Assembly (NCBI GenBank): GCA_037144255.1
Contig: JBAWXE010000001.1
Span: forward strand, 24,866 to 88,865
Reading direction: 5' to 3'
Source: Bacteroidota bacterium
GTDB taxonomy: Bacteria; Bacteroidota; Bacteroidia; Chitinophagales; Chitinophagaceae
DNA length: 64,000 bases
Shown here: piece by piece, positions 56,989 through 64,000 of the stretch
How positions within the stretch are numbered: the stretch's first letter is position 1
How the letters are laid out: every line of letters starts with the position of its first letter
Notes under the pieces: generated by a model
The model's database searches: none
Seen by the model: only the letters and a program-made list of their open reading frames with translations
Told to the model about the DNA's origin: nothing
Program-made: the position numbers and the translations under genes

Positions 56989-57137
56989 AATATTATACCC
57001 CCTTTTGGTCTTTGAGGACTGCGAAGTTAGGAACTTTTTTTATTTGAACAAAAGTTTTTAGGGACTAAGCTGAAAACTGAATAATTTTGGGTGTAATATT
57101 ACGTTATATACGTACAAGTGGCCTTAAGGGCAGTCAT

Positions 57138-57659
57138 ATGATTAAAAAAATACTATTTATTTTGTGTAGTGTGCTTGTATTGTACTCTTGTCAGAAGTGG
57201 CAGGATAAGCCTGCAGCAGATCCGCACCTGAGTAATAAGTATTGTAATGACCCTACGGCAGTGAATTATAATTGGGGTTTCCCGGGTACGCCGGATAATA
57301 CGGTATGTTACTATCCTACTGATGTATTCAAGGGCACTTATACCTTTAAGGATTCTGTTTACCTGCCGGATGACTCATTGGCTTTTGTAAAGTCATATAC
57401 CCTGAATGTAATAGCCATCAACCATGTGAATATGGCTGTGATGGGCTTTTGCGGTACATCAGACTCGCTGAAATTCACAGCAGGCAAGTATGGTATGGCC
57501 ACCGCGGATACGAACGCTGTAAGTGGCCAGTTCTTTTGTAGGCAACTAGATACCCTGACCGGTAATCTGGTAATAGATAGTGCAGGATTTCAGATCAGTT
57601 TCAAGGTGCAGAGCGACACCGGATATACCATACATAGCGGTCAGGCTATAAAACAATAG
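57138..57659 (+). CDS. Hypothetical lipoprotein
   Basis: ATG at 57138 (MIKKILFILCSVLVLYSCQK lipobox). Confidence 0.5.
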   Translation: MIKKILFILCSVLVLYSCQKWQDKPAADPHLSNKYCNDPTAVNYNWGFPGTPDNTVCYYPTDVFKGTYTFKDSVYLPDDSLAFVKSYTLNVIAINHVNMAVMGFCGTSDSLKFTAGKYGMATADTNAVSGQFFCRQLDTLTGNLVIDSAGFQISFKVQSDTGYTIHSGQAIKQ

Positions 57660-57668
57660 ATTTACAAC

Positions 57669-58256
57669 ATGTTTACCGGCATTATAGAAACAATGGGTAC
57701 TGTATCTGAGATCATAACTTCGGGTACGAATGTTGATTTTTGGATAGAAAGTCTGATCACGTCTCAAATGAAAGTAGATCAGTCTGTGGCGCATAATGGA
57801 GTGTGCCTGACTGTTGTGGAAATATCGGGAACCAAATACAGAGTAACGGCAGTAGCGGAGACCATAGCCAAAACCAATCTGGGTAAATGGAAGGCGGGTG
57901 ACCTAGTGAATATGGAACGATCGCTGAAAGTGGGGGATAGACTGGATGGGCATTTTGTACAAGGGCATGTGGATGCCAGAGCTACCTGTATAGAAAAGCA
58001 GACAATAGATGGTAGTTGGTTATTTCGTTTTCGTTTCTCTGTTGCATTTGCAGCATTAGTAATAGAAAAGGGTTCCATATGTATCAATGGAGTAAGCCTT
58101 ACGGTATTTAATGTAGGTAAAGATGAGTGTACGGTTACTATTATTCCCTACACATACGAACATACTAATTTCCAAAACATAGAAGAAGGCTCCATTGTAA
58201 ATATAGAGTTTGATGTACTAGGTAAATACCTGCTTAGGAAACAAGAAGTGGGGTAA
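57669..58256 (+). CDS. ribE: Riboflavin synthase (alpha chain)
   Basis: 195 aa. MFTGIIE start and two lumazine-binding repeats (GVCLTV / GVSLTV). Confidence 0.9.
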   Translation: MFTGIIETMGTVSEIITSGTNVDFWIESLITSQMKVDQSVAHNGVCLTVVEISGTKYRVTAVAETIAKTNLGKWKAGDLVNMERSLKVGDRLDGHFVQGHVDARATCIEKQTIDGSWLFRFRFSVAFAALVIEKGSICINGVSLTVFNVGKDECTVTIIPYTYEHTNFQNIEEGSIVNIEFDVLGKYLLRKQEVG

Positions 58257-58260
58257 TCTT

Positions 58261-59640
58261 TTACCAGAATTTATCTTTTTTGGATGCGCCATCGAAGTGT
58301 TCTTCTTTGTCTTCTTCTTTAATATTTTTTCCGAATACCAAATTCATACCCATACGCAGGTTCATATTTTTACTATCCAGTGGTGTTACAGCAGCCCACC
58401 AATTGTCAGTAGCAACATACCATTGCATATTTAGGAACTGTAAAATTACAGCACCGCCCACGTTGAAAGTGGATGTGGACTTTGCAGTATAGGATAATGC
58501 ACCTGTAAAATGATTGCCGAGTTTCAATTGATAACAAAGGGTGCCTGCATAAATGATTTGATCATTGAAACGAGTACCGCTGAGCTGTAATCCAAACAAA
58601 TTGTGTTTTGTATTGTAATTAACTGTAGTGAAGAAATTATAAGGTAATGTGGTAGCGTAAGAACTATTGTTTTCTGCAAATTTGATCAGCTTTTTTAGTG
58701 AGTCTGTAAGATTTTGGGATGAGACGATATCAGTGTTGCCTTGAAAAAAGCTCTCAGCGTGGAAACCATCAAATGTGAATGCTGCTGGTCCGGCAGTATA
58801 ATTATGTATGTTGCTGGTCCAGTTGATATAACCCAGATCATTGATGCCTGCTGATAAACTTAATTTAGGAGTGATCTCATATTTGGCCCCTAAGTCTATT
58901 GCATAACCCTTGTTCTTATTATTCATGATATAATCAGCACCGAAATAACCATCCTTTTTATCGTTACTATCAGGTATTCCACTCATCTGAACATTCATAT
59001 TAGCAGTTGCTGTGAGCTGATAATAAGATGGATCTGTATATAATTGTATGGAAGTGGTTTTACTATTAATGTTTGTCTTTCCAAATAACATTTTGGGACT
59101 GAGTCCAATTGTTAAGTTGCCAAATCGTTTAGATAAGTGTAAAGCATATTCGCGATAATAGGTGGCATTGATTCCGAAATTGCCTATGTTCAAAGTTTGT
59201 CCAATATAGTGACCATTACCATACCATAATAGTTTGAAAAAATCGTTGGGGTAGGCAAATTGAAAATCTAATTTATCATTGATAGACAATCCGGCAGAGA
59301 ATCCATGTGAAGCATAGTTGAATGAGAAAAGAGAGACTGAGGCACCAAATGCCAAGAAATTCTTACTATCCAATTTATCAATCAGTTTACCTAGATCTAC
59401 GCCCATAGTATTGTTATCTACCCTATGGAATACATCATGGTAGCTGAAGCCAGTATTATATATATACATAGATACAGAAGAGAATACAGGTAGCCCAACT
59501 GAAACTTTTGCATCGGTCTGATTACTGGCATTGAACCACTGAGATTCTTGTAATTGTGGCAAGAATTTTAAGGTATAAGAATCTTGGCAGAAAGATGTAA
59601 TTGGTAAACAACAGCAAAGGAATATGAGTAGTTTTTTCAT
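58261..59640 (-). CDS. Putative outer-membrane beta-barrel protein
   Basis: ATG at 59640 (MKKLLIFLCCCLPITSFCQ). Alternating beta pattern. Lys/Glu-rich tail ending in W. Confidence 0.5.
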   Translation of the reverse strand: MKKLLIFLCCCLPITSFCQDSYTLKFLPQLQESQWFNASNQTDAKVSVGLPVFSSVSMYIYNTGFSYHDVFHRVDNNTMGVDLGKLIDKLDSKNFLAFGASVSLFSFNYASHGFSAGLSINDKLDFQFAYPNDFFKLLWYGNGHYIGQTLNIGNFGINATYYREYALHLSKRFGNLTIGLSPKMLFGKTNINSKTTSIQLYTDPSYYQLTATANMNVQMSGIPDSNDKKDGYFGADYIMNNKNKGYAIDLGAKYEITPKLSLSAGINDLGYINWTSNIHNYTAGPAAFTFDGFHAESFFQGNTDIVSSQNLTDSLKKLIKFAENNSSYATTLPYNFFTTVNYNTKHNLFGLQLSGTRFNDQIIYAGTLCYQLKLGNHFTGALSYTAKSTSTFNVGGAVILQFLNMQWYVATDNWWAAVTPLDSKNMNLRMGMNLVFGKNIKEEDKEEHFDGASKKDKFW

Positions 59641-59650
59641 AAAGTAGTTT

Positions 59651-61228
59651 TTATAAGCTAGTTGAGACATTTAACATGAAACGAAATCCCAATTTGATGT
59701 TGATGTTGTCAGATGAATGTATCTGCACAGAATTAGTGCCACTGCTTTTTAAGTTTCCACGTATAAAACCGTATCGGACCTTAGAAGCCATGATATGGTA
59801 CCTATCGTGGTCGTAAATGAAATCGCTGGTGGCTAATGTGCTGCCATTTACTACCCCAGATGAATTGACAGGTGCCTGAGGTATGAGATTGTTAGTAGGT
59901 GTTATCAGTGAATCGAGAATATTATATGCACTATCTGCAAAATATAATTGTATAGAAGCATATACAGGGAAGGCATTATTGACCAACATCTTGAATTCTG
60001 CTTTTTGCAGGATATTGGTGTCCTTTGGCAAAGACATTTTTAAGGTATCCTGTAGAGAGAATTCTATGATCTTGAACCATGCAGGTAATTCTGCATCAGC
60101 ACTGAGCGAGATAGTGCTTTGATCTGTAATAAAATTGTAAGGCATTCCGCCCCCCGGATTAATATCGATATGCCCAACATAGATCACCTGATTAGGTGCC
60201 GGGTTAAATATATTTTGGATAGTACTATTGGTACTATCTACCGTATAATTACTAGTATCTGTAGACCCTATAGATGTTGCGCCAGCCACTGAGATAGGAG
60301 AGATGTTCATATTTACATATACACCGTGATTTGTGAGACCATATAAGCTATCGAACTGCGCAGATACACCTAATCCTAATGAATTGGCGAATGCCAAATG
60401 TAGTTTGGGATTTTTTAAATATATCTGAGCAGTAAGAGTATTATTAAATACAGCAACATTTATTGTATCGTGCGGAATAGGAATGGAATAATGACCTAAA
60501 GTACCATCAATAAAGCTATACTTGATATTAGTAAGATCGATAGCTGCTGAAAGAGAATCTGTTGAGCTGTTGATGCTTTGGCCAGAGCCATTAATTACAT
60601 AGTTGATCTTATAGGCCATGTAATTGCGAGTAGTATTACCATTTGTGAGATCTATAGTGTAATTAGACAAATCTATGGATACATCACTAGTAGAACTTGG
60701 ATAAGAAATATTAGCATTTATATTTAATGCGCTACCACTAGTATTAATAATGTTAGGAAAAGAAAGTTGTAATGATATGTTCTGCCTGTATGTAGAAGCT
60801 AAATGAAAATTGAGGGTACCAGCTTTAATCTTAATATGCTCTAGTTGAGCGCCACTAGTATCAGTATAGCTGAAATGATTTGAAAACGAATCGCTTACAG
60901 TGCCTGTAAAACTAGGTATGGATAATGGAGTATGTAAACTGATAGGGCCTGAACTATAACTCTGGTTGGGAATAAAAATATAATCTGATGCTTTTGCTGA
61001 GAACAGTTTACCATCATAATGCAAAGAATACAAACCAGTAGAATCTTCAGTTACTACATTATTGCTTTTAACTAAGTTCTTTAAGGTTAGCTGTGCATTC
61101 AATAATGGGAATGCCCAATCGGGTGTCCAGTTGTCAATTTTCAAATTATTAAAAGCAAAGTCAGATTTCTTGATACAGCTAATACCTAGAACAGAGGTAA
61201 CTAAAATGAAGTAGTATATTCTTTTCAT
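59651..61228 (-). CDS. Hypothetical lipoprotein, Ser/Thr/Asn-rich
   Basis: 525 aa with lipobox GISC. 10 bp upstream of the beta-barrel gene. Confidence 0.5.
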   Translation of the reverse strand: MKRIYYFILVTSVLGISCIKKSDFAFNNLKIDNWTPDWAFPLLNAQLTLKNLVKSNNVVTEDSTGLYSLHYDGKLFSAKASDYIFIPNQSYSSGPISLHTPLSIPSFTGTVSDSFSNHFSYTDTSGAQLEHIKIKAGTLNFHLASTYRQNISLQLSFPNIINTSGSALNINANISYPSSTSDVSIDLSNYTIDLTNGNTTRNYMAYKINYVINGSGQSINSSTDSLSAAIDLTNIKYSFIDGTLGHYSIPIPHDTINVAVFNNTLTAQIYLKNPKLHLAFANSLGLGVSAQFDSLYGLTNHGVYVNMNISPISVAGATSIGSTDTSNYTVDSTNSTIQNIFNPAPNQVIYVGHIDINPGGGMPYNFITDQSTISLSADAELPAWFKIIEFSLQDTLKMSLPKDTNILQKAEFKMLVNNAFPVYASIQLYFADSAYNILDSLITPTNNLIPQAPVNSSGVVNGSTLATSDFIYDHDRYHIMASKVRYGFIRGNLKSSGTNSVQIHSSDNINIKLGFRFMLNVSTSL

Positions 61229-61376
61229 AATTGAGTTTGTTTGAGATATATAATGACAGTTTAATTACTGTCAAATAATTATAGAGCTGAATGGTATTAC
61301 TAAAAATACTACAATTAGTATGCCATACAATATACATTTTTTTTAGATGTGCATGGGGTAAAGTCTACAGAAAATG

Positions 61377-61405
61377 AAAAAGGATGCCTATAAGGCATCC
61401 TTTTT
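61377..61405 (-). terminator. Rho-independent terminator after the VOC gene
   Basis: Perfect palindrome AAAAAGGATGCCTTATAAGGCATCCTTTTT. Confidence 0.8.
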
Positions 61406-61425
61406 CAAGAACAATTTTGTGAAAA

Positions 61426-61809
61426 CTAGTTTTGTGAATGTAAGGCTACTTTGTTGCCTTCAGAATCAACAAAGAATGCCATATGCCCTATTTCTGGACT
61501 GATATTGGTCTTGGGCATTATTATTTTACCACCAGAGGCTTCAATTTTTGCTATAACTGGGCTCATGTCAGGGTTGGCATTAAGGTAAATAACGCTTCCG
61601 TCCATTGAAGGCTTGTGCATAGGGCTTTGGCATAATCCGCCGGAAGCTTTACCATTACCGTTTTCGCCGGGGAAGAAAGCCATTTCCATACCCATCATAC
61701 TGGTAGTATCCATTGTGATACTGAAGATGTTTTCGTAGAATGCTTTAGCACGTTTGATATCAGTTGCCGGTATTTCAAACCAGTTCAACGCATTTGTATT
61801 TTTGTCCAT
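61426..61809 (-). CDS. VOC (glyoxalase/bleomycin-resistance fold) family protein
   Basis: 127 aa. WFEIPATDIKRAKAFYENIF opening and C-terminal FFVDSEGNKVALH. Confidence 0.8.
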   Translation of the reverse strand: MDKNTNALNWFEIPATDIKRAKAFYENIFSITMDTTSMMGMEMAFFPGENGNGKASGGLCQSPMHKPSMDGSVIYLNANPDMSPVIAKIEASGGKIIMPKTNISPEIGHMAFFVDSEGNKVALHSQN

Positions 61810-61891
61810 AACGAGTTTTTTGGAATATAAATATAGTCTAAATAGCTGTATGGAATTGTTATTAAATGATGAACATTATATATGTGAAATA

Positions 61892-62548
61892 TTACTTTGA
61901 TGGCTTGCCCAGTATATCAGAAATGAAAATTCCTTTTTCAGCATCTACAGACATAGTATGCCATGCCCCAAACATTCGGGAATCGGGCATGGTGGAATCT
62001 GTTTGTAAGTAAACCAGTTGCCAAAGGAATTGTTTGCGAAAATGGACATAATGGAGGGTTATTTGGGGTTTATCCAAGGTTCTCATACCTTTTTTAGTGG
62101 CGGTATCTATTGCTTCTTCTTTTGTAATGAAATGACATTCTTCACCTTTGAGCATATAGTCCGGTATGATATTCAGGTCGCGAGCAACGTTGAGTTGTAA
62201 TTTGTTGTCTAGGTCTAAGGATACTACACCGGTAACTGTATTGTATTCGGGGCAATGTGGATAACTGTATTTGACATTATAGCGAACAAAGATGTTCTGT
62301 ACTTTTCCTCGGGTAGAAAAATCGGTGTCTAATACAGACCATTCGGCTTCTTTTTTTCGTTGACCTTTATAGTTGTAATAAGTATGAGGATCGTAAGTGC
62401 AGCGTTTGAAAATAGACTCTCCCACCAAAGATCGCATTATACTATCTGCATTATGGCGTACTTGTTCGATAGTGTATTGTTGACCCATAGAAAAGAAGGG
62501 GCAACCAACTATTAAAACTAGAAATATAATGCGAAATAATGAAGACAT
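61892..62548 (-). CDS. Secreted hypothetical protein
   Basis: 218 aa. Signal peptide. Possible PepSY-like segment (ITKEEAIDTATKKG). Confidence 0.45.
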   Translation of the reverse strand: MSSLFRIIFLVLIVGCPFFSMGQQYTIEQVRHNADSIMRSLVGESIFKRCTYDPHTYYNYKGQRKKEAEWSVLDTDFSTRGKVQNIFVRYNVKYSYPHCPEYNTVTGVVSLDLDNKLQLNVARDLNIIPDYMLKGEECHFITKEEAIDTATKKGMRTLDKPQITLHYVHFRKQFLWQLVYLQTDSTMPDSRMFGAWHTMSVDAEKGIFISDILGKPSK

Positions 62549-62607
62549 AATTGACAGTTATTGGAAATAAAGTTACTATCGGTTATGTAAATATCGAGGG
62601 TTATTAA

Positions 62608-63306
62608 TTATATAATTTGAATGATGTCCTTTAAGTTTTGAACTTCATAAGTAGGTTTTCTATTATGAGGGATAGCAAGAGGATTAAAGTATACCTGATC
62701 GATACCGGCATTCTGTGCGCCCATTACATCAATTTCCAAAGCATCACCTATCATGAGGCTGAATTCAGCAATAGAACCCGTAGTATTCAAAGCATATTCA
62801 AATATCTCCGGATGAGGTTTCATACTATTACTTTTTTCTGAAGTAATGACCTGAGAAAAATAGGAAGCGATACCTGAATATTGCAGTTTTTGCCATTGGG
62901 TTGTTTCAAAGCCATTGGTAATTAAATGCATATCGTAGCGTCCTTTACAATGCTCTAAAAGTGCCTTGGTATCAGGTATCAGTAAGGTTTGGGTAGGTAG
63001 TATTTCCAAATATGCTGCACTCATTTCATAGGCCAGAGCAGTATCTGTTACTTTGAGATCGAGCAGTGTAAGCCACATACGTTTCCAACGTAATTCCTCA
63101 CGTTTAATAAATCCATTGCGAAAGCGTTCCCATAATCTGTCGTTGTGAACGACATAAATATCGTAGAAGGTCTTAAAGTCTGTAATGCCACGATCTTGCA
63201 GTTTGTATTCTTTGAATAACTGCTGTAAAGTGAGTTCAGAGTTCTTATCAAAATCCCAAAGGGTATGATCGAGATCGAAGAAAAGATGTTTATATACTTT
63301 AGCCAT
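62608..63306 (-). CDS. HAD-superfamily hydrolase (YjjG-like subfamily IA)
   Basis: ATG at 63306 (MAKVYKHLFFDLDHTLWDF). DxD motif, later ITNG and GDALEIDVMGA motifs. Confidence 0.8.
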   Translation of the reverse strand: MAKVYKHLFFDLDHTLWDFDKNSELTLQQLFKEYKLQDRGITDFKTFYDIYVVHNDRLWERFRNGFIKREELRWKRMWLTLLDLKVTDTALAYEMSAAYLEILPTQTLLIPDTKALLEHCKGRYDMHLITNGFETTQWQKLQYSGIASYFSQVITSEKSNSMKPHPEIFEYALNTTGSIAEFSLMIGDALEIDVMGAQNAGIDQVYFNPLAIPHNRKPTYEVQNLKDIIQII

Positions 63307-63373
63307 CTGAAAGTAGGAATAAAAGCAAAGAGCCACCGTTAACGGCGGCTCTAAAAAAAGAGTATGCTCAATA

Positions 63374-63694
63374 TTATTTTTTACGATAGTATATCTTATC
63401 ATCAAAGAACTCATTTACAGACTGTAACGCAGGGTTTGCCATACGTTCGTAAATGCGAGATATTTCGATTTGTTCTTTGTTTTCGTGGATCTCTTCCAGA
63501 TTATCACCATGGACAGTAAATTCATCCAATTTGCGATGTAATTCTTCCTTCATAGTAACTGAAAGTTGATTTGCACGTTTAGCCATAACAGCAATAGATT
63601 CGTACAAATTTCCTGTCTTATCTTTTATCTTGATAACATCACGGGTTTCAACCAATGTGTTAACAGAAGCGAGTGATCTTTTACTTGTGCTCAT
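63374..63694 (-). CDS. rpoZ: DNA-directed RNA polymerase subunit omega (Bacteroidota long form)
   Basis: 106 aa. NLYESIAVMAKRANQL matches the omega core. Confidence 0.7.
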   Translation of the reverse strand: MSTSKRSLASVNTLVETRDVIKIKDKTGNLYESIAVMAKRANQLSVTMKEELHRKLDEFTVHGDNLEEIHENKEQIEISRIYERMANPALQSVNEFFDDKIYYRKK

Positions 63695-64000
63695 TGCGTA
63701 TTTTTTTAATTTTTAAATCGGTCAGAGTATATAATTTTTCTGCTTCGTGCAGGTATTTCGATTTTGGATAACCTTCTACCAGTTCATGATAAGCATTTAA
63801 AGCTATTGCAAAGCGTTCTTCCTGTTTTTCAAGAACACTGGCTTTGCCATAGTTATAAAACGACTTAATGATCATAAATTGATAGAAGTCACTGCTAGCA
63901 GATTCCGGAAAGTTACGTAATACGCTTTTATAAGCAATGCCAGAGGCCTTAAATTGATTGATATTAAAGTAAAGTTTAGCGGCATCTGCCTGTTTCATCT
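63681..64000 (-). CDS. bamD: Outer membrane protein assembly factor BamD, C-terminal part (runs off the right edge)
   Basis: TPR-like helices. The bamD-rpoZ order with a 14 nt overlap is typical. Confidence 0.7.
   Translation of the reverse strand, partial: MKQADAAKLYFNINQFKASGIAYKSVLRNFPESASSDFYQFMIIKSFYNYGKASVLEKQEERFAIALNAYHELVEGYPKSKYLHEAEKLYTLTDLKIKKIRNEHK

Overview
This is a 64 kb chromosomal segment from a Bacteroidota genome, probably of the Chitinophagaceae/Sphingobacteriia type. The assignment rests on three things: T9SS C-terminal sorting domains, TAnnTTTG -7 promoter boxes with no Shine-Dalgarno sequences, and Bacteroidota-typical gene neighbourhoods (rpsU-recombinase-hpf, DUF1599/folP, TlpA next to a beta-barrel protein). 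Coding density is high and most genes are housekeeping. They include a CzcCBA-like efflux operon, Nif3 with a Zn-ribbon protein, etfBA, nadB, corA, fbp, prfB, pfkA, a SurA-like PPIase, PiT with DUF47, folP, ribE, rpoZ, bamD and two ABC exporters. I found no rRNA, tRNA, CRISPR array, transposase, phage gene or recognisable defence operon. The most unusual signal is non-coding. It is a composite repeat element present at 4.96-5.66 kb and again at 45.6-46.64 kb. It has three parts. (i) An array of 8-9 CGGTAA boxes spaced 10-12 bp apart, roughly one DNA helical turn. (ii) A ~100 bp module carrying GTTACA/TGTAAC boxes and a TTGATTATCAA palindrome, seen four times and always in the same orientation upstream of + strand genes. 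One copy contains a perfect 14-8-14 lox/FRT-like inverted repeat, and two copies bracket a small redoxin gene. (iii) Hairpin-bearing spacers and an 8-9 bp CACATT tandem repeat. Secondary curiosities are listed below:
- an orphan barstar-like immunity domain that may be membrane-anchored
- two paralogous LamG/T9SS proteins flanking a methyltransferase
- a DUF1599 gene 14 bp from folP
- a secreted protein with an HACAH-SG-HTCAH motif
- a dual-SWIM SNF2 helicase
- a DnaQ-Cho fusion
All protein calls come from motif recognition by eye. No database search was possible.
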